From the sequence record DRR723986_14227: a stretch of 46,199 bases of DNA; one strand, written 5' to 3'. The notes beneath the pieces were generated by a model. It worked only from the letters and a program-made list of their open reading frames with translations, did no database searches and was not told the DNA's origin. Positions 17,773 to 26,628 of the stretch are shown here, one piece after another. Made by a program: the position numbers and the translations under genes. The first letter of the stretch is position 1. The number at the start of each line of letters is the position of its first letter.

Positions 17773-19080
17773 TTACCGGTCATCATTGGACAAGACTGGC
17801 AATTGGACGAGGCCGGGTTTCTCGTCAGAGTCTTCTTTGCTCGCGCGATCGATCTCCGGATCAACCCACTGCTCTGGCTTGAAGTGTTTGGTGTATGCAC
17901 CAAAATCATTGAAGGCCATCCATTTGGCAAAACGGACCGCCCAGGAACGCTCTTTGATCTCCCCGCCGGGCACGTACTGACTGCGCCTTGGTACGGTCGC
18001 CTCCAGTTCTTCGATAGCTTTCTTGCGAATCGTCGTATCGCGTGCACCATGCTTCTTGGCCAAGTCGATTAGCATGTCTGGCCGTTCAAGTACGACACAT
18101 CCTCGCGTGTGCGTGGCAGCCAGCTCTCGGAAATCACGCAAGAATTCACTTTCGTTCAACGTCTCTTTCAACGGCTTGTCGTCGTAAATGCTCTCAGTGG
18201 CCAGTTGGATAATTGGACATGGCTCGATATCTCCGCCCGGTCCAATATGGTGTGTGAAACCTGTTGCCGCTGGACAAAGCGCTTTGCCTTCACCATCGTG
18301 ATAAGCATCAATGACGACGATCGGTTTGGTCGCTCGAGTATCGACAACGAACTGCCGCACGCGACGGAGCTCGTCCGGTTCAAGGGCCAGTTCAGGTCGC
18401 GGGTCGGGTCCCATCGGTCGGTAGACGTGGAACCAGCAGTACATTACACCCATATCAATCAGAGTGTCGACCCATTTGTCGGCCAGTAGATCATCTATGT
18501 TCGTCCGGCAGATGCTGGTACAGACACCGGTCATCACTTTATTGTTCAGGCAATTTTGAATGCCCTGCATCGTATGGTTCAGGACTTCTGGACGGCCCCG
18601 CCGCTCATCGCTAACAATCTCTGAACCTTCAACGCTGATCAGGGGCGTCACATTTCCCATCTTCCGCAAACGCTTGGCGACTTCGTCAGTAATGAAGTGA
18701 CCGTTGGTGAAGACTTGGAAGTAGGCGTCTGGGTGACACTCGAGAAAGTCGAGCAGCTCTTTGTGCATAAACGGCTCGCCGCCCAAAATACCGAAGAAGG
18801 CGTTACCCATCTCCTTGGCTTCGGTAACCGTCTTGTTGAGAGACTTGAGATCAATTTTCGTCTGCTTGGCCGCCACATCGACCCAGCAGCCCTGACAGCG
18901 CAGGTTGCAACTGTTGATGATTGAAATGTACAAGAACGGCGGAAAGAACTCGCCGCGTTTGAGCCGCTTTTTGTGCTTCTGAACGCTGCGAAAACCCTTC
19001 CAACCAGCCTGATAGAAAAGCTTCCAAAGAAGACGCTTATCTGTTTCGCGCAAAAGCCGGCTGGCCATTCGAAGGTACAT
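17773..19080 (-). CDS. Radical SAM protein (SPASM/twitch-type C-terminus)
   Basis: CNLRCQGC (CxxxCxxC), GGEPF, FTNG and later CPAA..HIGPGGDIEPCP. Confidence 0.92.
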   Translation of the reverse strand: MYLRMASRLLRETDKRLLWKLFYQAGWKGFRSVQKHKKRLKRGEFFPPFLYISIINSCNLRCQGCWVDVAAKQTKIDLKSLNKTVTEAKEMGNAFFGILGGEPFMHKELLDFLECHPDAYFQVFTNGHFITDEVAKRLRKMGNVTPLISVEGSEIVSDERRGRPEVLNHTMQGIQNCLNNKVMTGVCTSICRTNIDDLLADKWVDTLIDMGVMYCWFHVYRPMGPDPRPELALEPDELRRVRQFVVDTRATKPIVVIDAYHDGEGKALCPAATGFTHHIGPGGDIEPCPIIQLATESIYDDKPLKETLNESEFLRDFRELAATHTRGCVVLERPDMLIDLAKKHGARDTTIRKKAIEELEATVPRRSQYVPGGEIKERSWAVRFAKWMAFNDFGAYTKHFKPEQWVDPEIDRASKEDSDEKPGLVQLPVLSNDDR

Positions 19081-19370
19081 TGATCTATCTCTATATGAAT
19101 TGTCTGCGGACAGACTTTGCTACGCATGATCGCTGCACTAGCCCGCGATGGAAACCGCGAAGAACACCGGCGACCGCAATCGCCAATCCGGCGACCGGCA
19201 TTATTATACCCCGCTCGACGACTTAACCGCAGTCACGGCTGTTGGAAGTTCTCGCTTTCTGGGAAACCGATCCCGCCGGCGAACTCCGGTCCTGTGGCGT
19301 ATCTCATTTGAAGTATGATGAGTTACAATCGAAAGTATTCATTTTCTCTAGCAATCATGACCAGCGTTTC

Positions 19371-19994
19371 GTGAACCGATCACATCACCAAGAGCTACTC
19401 AACCGCGCCCTGGAAGGGGACAAAGACGCCCTTGGCGAGCTGCTGGAAGACTATCGCGCCTACCTGACCGTCCTGGCTCAACGGTATTTGGACAACCGAC
19501 TCAAAGGACGCTTGGACGCGGCCGATGTCGTCCAAGTTACCTTCTTGGAAGCACAACGGGATCTTGGTTCATTCCGAGGTCACCATATCGAAGAGCTACT
19601 GGGTTGGCTGCGACACATTCTCAGAAACAATGTCTCTAGCGCTCACCAGCGACACATCTACACGCAGAAGCGATCCGCTGGGCGGGAGATTTCCAACACG
19701 CCTACCGATTCAAGGCCCGCATTCACAGACTTGGCTCCAGCAGAATTGACCACGCCTAGCCAGCGGTTGATGCGCGACGAAGCGGCCGTGTACCTGGCTA
19801 ACTGCCTCGAGGAAATTCCCGACACACAACGGGAAGCACTGCGGCTGCGTTACGTAGAAGGCAAATCGCTCAAAGAGATTGCTGCGGCGATGGACAAAAC
19901 CGAAATGGCGGCGGCAGGCCTTCTCAAGCGTGGTCTGCAGGCACTGCGAAACCGAATGGTCTCGGACAGTTCATCTGGCAACAATCTTCGTTAA
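19371..19994 (+). CDS. ECF sigma-70 factor, Planctomycete-type
   Basis: Region 2 DAADVVQVTFLEA..FRG..WLRHILRN, linker TPSQ and region 4 QREALRLRYVEGKSLKEIAAAM. GTG start at 19371. Confidence 0.9.
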   Translation: MNRSHHQELLNRALEGDKDALGELLEDYRAYLTVLAQRYLDNRLKGRLDAADVVQVTFLEAQRDLGSFRGHHIEELLGWLRHILRNNVSSAHQRHIYTQKRSAGREISNTPTDSRPAFTDLAPAELTTPSQRLMRDEAAVYLANCLEEIPDTQREALRLRYVEGKSLKEIAAAMDKTEMAAAGLLKRGLQALRNRMVSDSSSGNNLR

Positions 19995-20137
19995 CCAGAA
20001 CGCTTGGTCGCACCGAAAGTCTTCCGGACGCGGCACCACCACAAGTGCTCGATCGCTCCTCTCAATCCTATTGATTGACTGGAAGTGCGCACCTCCGGTA
20101 ATTCAGCGTGTTTTGCTAAGACATTGGCGACCAGTAA

Positions 20138-20230
20138 TCACCTGCGATCAGCGGCTACGATTTGGCCAACCATAATCCATACACCAATAAACACAGCGCC
20201 AAGCATGGCGTGAATCCACTCCAGGGACAT
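20138..20230 (-). CDS. Unannotated 30-aa single-TM small protein MSLEWIHAMLGAVFIGVWIMVGQIVAADRR
   Basis: Translated by hand. The ATG is preceded by AAAAGGCAGGATT, and the ORF has one ~20-aa hydrophobic span, a basic C-terminus and a TGA stop. It is below the ORF-track cutoff. Confidence 0.55.
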   Translation of the reverse strand: MSLEWIHAMLGAVFIGVWIMVGQIVAADRR

Positions 20231-20743
20231 AATCCTGCCTTTTGTCGGTAGAACAAAAAAGCGCGTCGTCCCTGCGCAAACTCGAAGCTCGACCTTAGTC
20301 CTGGTCGGCTCACAGCAATCCTAGCGCTCTCACAGCCACCGGAAAGGTCGCTAGCAAAAGCATTTGTGCCATATGAAACATACTCGCACACATTGTCTAT
20401 CGACTTTAGGCGATTCCGACGTTGAGAATTTTCTAGCAGGCGTCACAAGCTACCTAACCCGACTGTCAGTCAACACGTCGAATCCGTCGTTCTACTCAAC
20501 CCGTAAAACCTAACATCAAAGCGGGCCGGTGAATTTTGCGAATTCAAGTTCGCGGAACTGGAGCTGATTGGCACTCACCAGACGTCTTGGCGCTCGCCAG
20601 ACGCCTATCGACCCAGAAGTGGGGTATTGAAACCCTCCTGTGGTTTAGTCAGAGTTGAACCACTTCGCAGATGGTTCGCCAACTAACTGCTACACGCCCA
20701 TCTGCTCGACTATTAACTGTTCTCTCCTCTGGAGTTTTCCCAT

Positions 20744-22071
20744 ATGTCCCGCGCTACGATCGTTGCGTTTGTGATTCTGCTGATGGTTTCGAACTTGGTT
20801 TCTGCGCAGAAACCATTGGCGACCACCGAAGTTGCTGGCAAACAGCTTGAATTGTGGGCATTCGAGCATTTGAAATGGATGGATGCCAAGACTGCAGACC
20901 ATGCTGGCGCCTCTGGATCAGTGCTTTCGCTCTTGGAGGATGAACTACAGCAGGAACCTAACATTCCCTGGGAAAACAACGCTCCAAGATCGAGGTCGAG
21001 GCGCAATCACGTTGCTCTCGGGTTTCTACTTCGCGATAAGAACGGCAAAGTCTCCCCTGACTCGATCAGGATGTCTGAAGCTCACCAAGCATCCATCGCG
21101 GGCCAATTGCATTCTTTCAGCGAACGTATGGACAAACCCAGCGACGCGTTTTGTAGTTGCAAGTGGTCGTTCGATATGCTCTCACCATTGGTTGTTGTCA
21201 CCGGTGACGAATCTCAACCACAGCCTAGCAGCATTGATCGGCTAAGCGGCTTTGTTTCGATTCACCCTCAAGTTTCGGCAAGGTTGGTTTTCACCGTTGA
21301 TGAACTACAGAGCAAACAACGCAAGTCTGACGGTCTATTTTCCATCGAGCCCATCGATTCTGAGAAACTCGCCGACGGTACCGTATACCGATTTCAGATG
21401 TTCTATCCCAAGCCAGACAGTAAAGGACAGTCACTATCGAAACAGATGTTCTTGAAAGCGAGTTCGATGCTTCCGCAAGTAACCGTGGAGTTAAAAGACG
21501 GAGCGATTACCCGACCCAATGGTCAAATGCGCTTCGCTGCAAGCAGGCAACTGCAATCTAAAATTCGAGCAGCATTCAAATCCGAAAACAAGATCCTGAA
21601 TCTATTGAAGCAGTCCGGGAAATCTCTTTCGAATACAACTTGGATGTTGATCTGTTTGCAATCAAGATTCCCAGCAGCAACGTTGCTAGGATCGTTTTGA
21701 CGCCGACTGTTGCGGTGGGCTTGCCGACGATTCACGCCTTTTCGATGTCCAACGTTGTATTGGAACAATGCCCGCAACCCCAAGAGATCGTAGCCATGAT
21801 GGATACTTCCATGGCGGCTGCAGCAACTTCAGACGACAGTCTTAAGGCTCACAGCGGACAAACTGGTGAATCAGCGATGCTCACGGTATCCGACTCGGTT
21901 TACAGAACTTGGCGCGACACGTCTGGCATGTTTTCTGTTGAAGCTACACTGGTGTCGAGCGACGGTACCTCGGTTTCTCTCAAGCGAAAAGACGGCAAGA
22001 CAATCAAAGTGCCCATCGAACGACTCAGCCTTCGCGACATCATGTACCTAGAGGATAGTGGCAAGAATTAA
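20744..22071 (+). pseudogene. Frameshifted secreted protein with C-terminal SHD1 domain (ORFs 20744-21700 and 21640-22071)
   Basis: ORF1 has a signal peptide. ORF2 overlaps it in the -1 frame, is open from about 21562, lacks a good start and ends in an SHD1 motif (RTWRDTSGMFSVEA..VSLKRKDGK.IKVPIERLS..D..YL). Confidence 0.6.
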
Positions 22072-22223
22072 TATCGCACGCTCGTTGTCTTCTTAGGGCG
22101 CATTAATCATGCCAAGAATGAACTATGCGGCTTCTGCTCCTTTGTTTGCCATGCTATGCCTGGCAACGATCGCGAAATGCCGAGCTCAATCTTCAACAGC
22201 CGACGTATCAGGTAGTCCACGGA

Positions 22224-23498
22224 TCAATCGTTAATCTTGAAGAGGCGACGGAGGCTGTCGAGGAGCGTGTCGTGATGCTGGGAATCGGCGTTTTCGCGAA
22301 GAGCTTGAAGTGGTGGATGCAGGAGTTTGTTTACCAGCCGATCGAACGACATGGTAAGCTCCTTCTTGGCCTTGGGGTCCAAGTCGTAAGCGTCCAACTT
22401 GTTCATCAAACGCTCAAGCTCCGAAACCTTTGTCGCTTCTGCCTGCTCGCGAAGCTTCTTGATCGTCGCCCCACTGCCCCGATGCGTGCTTTCGCCAAGG
22501 AACTTGTCGACTTCAGCGTCGATGATCCGTTCAGCTTTCGGCCATTGCTGACGTCGGGCAAGAACGTTGCGATCACAAACCTCTTGTAAATCGTCAACTG
22601 TAAACAAGTACACGTCAGACAACTCGGCAATCTCAGCCGCGAAATCTCGAGGCACTGCCAAGTCAAGGATGAGCACACTTCGCCGACTACGAATTTGCTT
22701 AAACCGTTCCTCGGTCATGATCGGTTCACTTGCACCGGTCGTCGATACGATGAGATCGCTTTTGCCGACTTCGCTATCCAGATCGTCCCAGTTGCCGACG
22801 GTTGCCGAAAACTCAGCAGCCAGCTCTTCGGCACGTTGTCTGCTGCGATTAACGATTTGAACAGACTTGGCACCCGCATCGATCAGGTACTTGAGCGTTT
22901 CGGTGCCCATCTCACCGGCACCAATCAGCAGAATGCGTTTGTCGTCGAATCGCTCAAAGAAATCTGTCGCTATCTCACTGACGGCCACACTTGGTACGCT
23001 AATCCGTCGCTTGTGAATCTCGGTCTCCGTGGCAACTCGCTTGGCCACCGATGCCGCTCGTTGAAAAGCCTGATGCATGAGTGCCGAAGCTGTCTCACCC
23101 TGGCACGCTATCTCGTAGGCCTCTTTGACCTGAGACAATATTTGAGCTTCGCCGATGATCATGCTGTCCAAGCTGGAGGCAACCATGAACAAGTGCTTAA
23201 TCGCCTCTGGGCCGCTGATCTTCGTCAACTGCTCAGCCACGCTTTGATAATCTGCCTGATGAAACTCTGACAGGAATCTTCCTAATTCATCTTCGCCTGG
23301 GAAAGTCTTTCCGTCTTTCGACGCAGCATATAGCTCTACACGATTGCACGTGCTGAGCAATACCGTCTCCATCGTCGGAAACTGCTTCTGCAGCAACTCA
23401 AGTGCTTCGCGAACTTGTTCTTTGGAGAACGCCAACCGTTCACGCAACTCAATGGGTGCGTGATGGTGGCTAAGCCCCACCATGGACCACTTATTCAA
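22224..23498 (-). CDS. hemA: Glutamyl-tRNA reductase
   Basis: GLSHHHAPIELRE, catalytic STCNRVELY, GEAQILSQVK, GAGEMG, DLAVPRD and NKLLHPP. Confidence 0.96.
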   Translation of the reverse strand: MNKWSMVGLSHHHAPIELRERLAFSKEQVREALELLQKQFPTMETVLLSTCNRVELYAASKDGKTFPGEDELGRFLSEFHQADYQSVAEQLTKISGPEAIKHLFMVASSLDSMIIGEAQILSQVKEAYEIACQGETASALMHQAFQRAASVAKRVATETEIHKRRISVPSVAVSEIATDFFERFDDKRILLIGAGEMGTETLKYLIDAGAKSVQIVNRSRQRAEELAAEFSATVGNWDDLDSEVGKSDLIVSTTGASEPIMTEERFKQIRSRRSVLILDLAVPRDFAAEIAELSDVYLFTVDDLQEVCDRNVLARRQQWPKAERIIDAEVDKFLGESTHRGSGATIKKLREQAEATKVSELERLMNKLDAYDLDPKAKKELTMSFDRLVNKLLHPPLQALRENADSQHHDTLLDSLRRLFKIND

Positions 23499-24352
23499 TG
23501 AACCGCCTCCTGGCCAAGATTGGCAGGGGGTTCGGCGCCTTCTGCTTTGTTGGCATGAGAGGTCATGAAGACCAAGGCCAGCACAAGCGCGAGGAAGATG
23601 AAGATTGCAATCGACAGGTAAGCCGATCGCCGACCACCTAGCGAACTGCGATCTGAAATCTCAATACCGGTGGCTGTCACCGAAAGTGCAAACAGTAGGA
23701 ACGTAAAGATGACGCCGCTATCAGCCCAAATGGGCACTTCGCGTTGACTGTTCAGTGCGATGCCGGACACCAAACCCACCGCCAGTGAAACGGCTGTGGC
23801 GATCAACCCAAGCCGGTTCATGCTACGAACAAATTCGAGCGCCGGAAGCTTGAGCACGCCCTTTTTTAGCTTGCGATTCTTCAGCCGATGCGACTGCACC
23901 AGATACATCAATCCGAACGCTAGACCGAAACTGATGAACATCGTCCCAAGCATGAGACTCACGCCGTGGACCATTCCCCACATGGGTCCCGCCGAGCCAT
24001 CGCCGAATGGATCAAAGGGCCTAACGAGCTGGGCCACACCGATTAAGCAGAGAATGATCGGTATTAGAAAAAGTCCGATACCGCGATCAGGACTGCGAAC
24101 GGTAAGAACGAGACAGGCGAAGGACAAACCCCAAGCGCCGAGGACAACCCACTCAAACCAATTGCCGAGGATGACTCCCGACTGCAACTTCTCGTTGACG
24201 AGAAAGATTGTGTGCGCGACAAGGCCGGCGGCAAGCATGCCAATTAAAAGAGCGCTTCTAGCTGGCAGCTTGAATACGAAGCGACTAGCTTCCATCCCAA
24301 GGGCAACGAGATAACTAAACAGAAAGCAGGAGACGCTGACTCCGGTAAGCAT
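23495..24352 (-). CDS. Cytochrome c assembly protein CcsA/HemX-like membrane protein
   Basis: About 8 TM helices, conserved His (VAH, MVHG), YLVQSHRLK and LPALE. It has a 4-nt ATGA overlap with hemA, the classic ccsA-hemA pairing. Confidence 0.8.
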   Translation of the reverse strand: MLTGVSVSCFLFSYLVALGMEASRFVFKLPARSALLIGMLAAGLVAHTIFLVNEKLQSGVILGNWFEWVVLGAWGLSFACLVLTVRSPDRGIGLFLIPIILCLIGVAQLVRPFDPFGDGSAGPMWGMVHGVSLMLGTMFISFGLAFGLMYLVQSHRLKNRKLKKGVLKLPALEFVRSMNRLGLIATAVSLAVGLVSGIALNSQREVPIWADSGVIFTFLLFALSVTATGIEISDRSSLGGRRSAYLSIAIFIFLALVLALVFMTSHANKAEGAEPPANLGQEAVH

Positions 24353-24438
24353 AAGTTATCGCCCCTTTTGAGTTCTCAGAATCAAAGTCCGCCGTGCCAC
24401 TGTTTGCGTGCTAAACGGACTAGCTGAGGATTGGACGA

Positions 24439-25563
24439 CTAATCCCAGTCATCATCGTCGTCGTCTTCATCTTCTTCCTGGCCCCAGTCGTCGTCCTCTT
24501 CATCGTCGTCGTCGTCTTCGTGCCAGCCATCGTCATCGTCGTCGACTTCTTCCCAGCCGCCGTCATCGTCGTCTTCCTCTACATCGTCATCGTCTTCGTC
24601 GTCATCTTCTCCATCGTCTTCGTCGTCCGACCAATCATCGTCGTCTTCGTCATCATCGTCGTCGTATTCGTCGAAGAAGTCGGTGTCGTCATCATCGATT
24701 GCGACCGCGCCATCGGCCACGCCGTCTTGCAGTTGCTCGTCTTCAGGATTGGTAACTGTGTCGAGAGAAGATAGTGTCGTACTCATCTCTGACTCCTTTC
24801 TTTCCGAGCTGTCGATTAAAGGTTGTGCATCTGCGCCGGCCAGGGGTGCATTCACCCAGTCTATCCGGGGTAAGCGATCGGCAGATCGCAATCCAAACAT
24901 TTGTAAAAAACGCGGAGTTGTTCCGTAAAGATAGGGTCTTCCCAGATCTTCACTTCGACCACTGATTCGAACGAGATCCATCTCCATCAGTTGCTTGAGG
25001 ACTTCACTGCAACCAACACCTCGGATCGCTTCAATATCAGCTCTCAAAACCGGTTGGCGATACGCGACTACTGCCAATGTCTCCATTGAGGTCTGGCTCA
25101 GTTTCAACTCACCTGGCACATGACTTTGTCGTCTCAGCCAAGGTGCGAATTGAGCTCGTGTGAGCAGTGCATATCCGCCAGCGGTTTCCTCAACCCGATA
25201 GGCTCTCCCAGCATCATCCAATTGTTGATTGAGATTGCGAATCAGTGTACGGGCTTCCGTAGCGTCCGCCAAGTGAGCCATTTTAGCTATTTTACGACTA
25301 CTAACACCATCTGGGCTCAGGAAAAGCACTGCTTCAAGACGCTGTATCTTGGCAACTAGCGAGTCATCGGCCTCATCGATTCGATGCACAGTCGCTGATG
25401 ACGACGAGGCTTCCGGCCTTGCAATCGCGAACTGCCAGAACCGCCGCCTAGCACTGCGCACATCTGCACTGGTCGCATTATTGCTCAATCGCGGAGTCAC
25501 CGAATTGCTGGCATTCGAACTCTGAACGGTCGAGTACTGTGCTCTTAGGTACCGCTGCGTCAT
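24439..25563 (-). CDS. scpB: SMC-Scp complex subunit ScpB with long acidic C-terminal tail
   Basis: LEAVLF, GGYALLT, LSQTSMETLAVVAYRQPVLRADIEAIRGV and GRPYLYGTT..FLQMFGL. The start is uncertain (25563 chosen). Confidence 0.88.
   Translation of the reverse strand: MTQRYLRAQYSTVQSSNASNSVTPRLSNNATSADVRSARRRFWQFAIARPEASSSSATVHRIDEADDSLVAKIQRLEAVLFLSPDGVSSRKIAKMAHLADATEARTLIRNLNQQLDDAGRAYRVEETAGGYALLTRAQFAPWLRRQSHVPGELKLSQTSMETLAVVAYRQPVLRADIEAIRGVGCSEVLKQLMEMDLVRISGRSEDLGRPYLYGTTPRFLQMFGLRSADRLPRIDWVNAPLAGADAQPLIDSSERKESEMSTTLSSLDTVTNPEDEQLQDGVADGAVAIDDDDTDFFDEYDDDDDEDDDDWSDDEDDGEDDDEDDDDVEEDDDDGGWEEVDDDDDGWHEDDDDDEEDDDWGQEEDEDDDDDDWD
24442..24696 (-). repeat. Low-complexity GAC/GAT/GAA codon tract encoding an 85-aa Asp/Glu-rich tail punctuated by Trp
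   Basis: A (tcg/tca/tct)n run on the + strand. The translation is about three-quarters D/E with five W. Confidence 0.9.
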
Positions 25564-25897
25564 GTTCAAGAATGTCTGCGAAAGGTGTCTTTGGGTGACG
25601 TGAAGGGCACGGAACGGAGACTCGTAAACACGTCGTGGATCACTTAGGCGTGAACACAAGCATCTGTACGACAACAACTTCCGGCAATTCTTACGAAACG
25701 TCCATCGGCGGTCACTCGATACTTTTCATGCCCGCTCGCTGCTTCGTTGCACCACGAGAAAGGGGCGATTTGGCTGACCGACGCCTTACCGGTTAAGCTG
25801 TAACTGTGCGCATCGTACAATGTATTCTGTTTGCACCAAAGATCGTTCGACATCCACCACCCTTCTGCGACCCTGCCAATCTAGCTAGCGATCAAAA

Positions 25898-26620
25898 ATG
25901 TCCACCGCAGTAGAACCTTCTAGGGATAAAACTTCCCCGCGCAGTTGGGTGAGCGAGCATCGCGTGCTGTCCATTTTCTTGGTCGGTATCGTTTTGTTTG
26001 CCGTCTTGGCTGGATATTTCAGTTCCACGGTCGTTTCTGGTATCGAGCTGAATCCTGTCGACTGGAAGGTCAGGCGATTTTGGTTCCGACGAGATCCGTT
26101 TACCAACACGCGTTTCACGGGAATTTACCATTCGTCGGTAACTCTCTCTGGAATTTGGAACGAAGCTCCTTCGAAAACCTTCTCAAACGTCGACCCAATT
26201 ATCAGCGGATCGCTGAAAGCCGCTGGAAATCCCAAGCAGTGGGACGTCGTCCGAATTTCCGACGGTGTGGAATCCATTGGTCCAGCCATTGTTTGGTACG
26301 AATTGCTGCAAACCTACGACTCGGACTATGACCTCCACTGGGTAGAATGGTCGAGTGACAATCCAAAGTTCGCTGCTGTCCTGTGGCCAGCCGTGCAAGA
26401 TCTGACTCGACACGGACTCTACGCCGATATTCCCGCGATGCTTGAGCTGACGACTACCGAGCTCGATCTTGCCGATTTTGAACTGAAGGTCGCTGAGCTT
26501 GCTTTGCGGAGTCTCCTGGATTTTTGCGCCGAATCGGAAGACCAGGAAAAGATAACCTCCGCCGCGATATCAGCGGCCGAGTACGGTGACCACCCTGATT
26601 TGAAACTCTATCTGCGTTGA
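25898..26620 (+). CDS. Hypothetical membrane-anchored protein
   Basis: 240 aa with one N-terminal TM (VLSIFLVGIVLFAVLAGYF). It is closely coupled to the downstream desulfurase gene. Confidence 0.7.
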   Translation: MSTAVEPSRDKTSPRSWVSEHRVLSIFLVGIVLFAVLAGYFSSTVVSGIELNPVDWKVRRFWFRRDPFTNTRFTGIYHSSVTLSGIWNEAPSKTFSNVDPIISGSLKAAGNPKQWDVVRISDGVESIGPAIVWYELLQTYDSDYDLHWVEWSSDNPKFAAVLWPAVQDLTRHGLYADIPAMLELTTTELDLADFELKVAELALRSLLDFCAESEDQEKITSAAISAAEYGDHPDLKLYLR

Positions 26621-26628
26621 AACGCTCC

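Noticed and set aside
13708-19080. Numerous antisense ORFs of 60-200 aa over hrpA and the radical SAM gene (and over other long genes)
   Set aside because: They fully overlap well-supported genes, have no motifs and are typical shadow ORFs in moderately GC-rich DNA.
20354-20371. Sigma-54 promoter (TGGCAC...TTGC) upstream of the microprotein
   Set aside because: The GG-to-GC spacing is 3 nt too long for the strict -24/-12 geometry.
24408-24774. Arg/His-rich and Val/Ile-rich ORFs on the + strand
   Set aside because: They are shadow frames of the GAC/GAT acidic tract of scpB.
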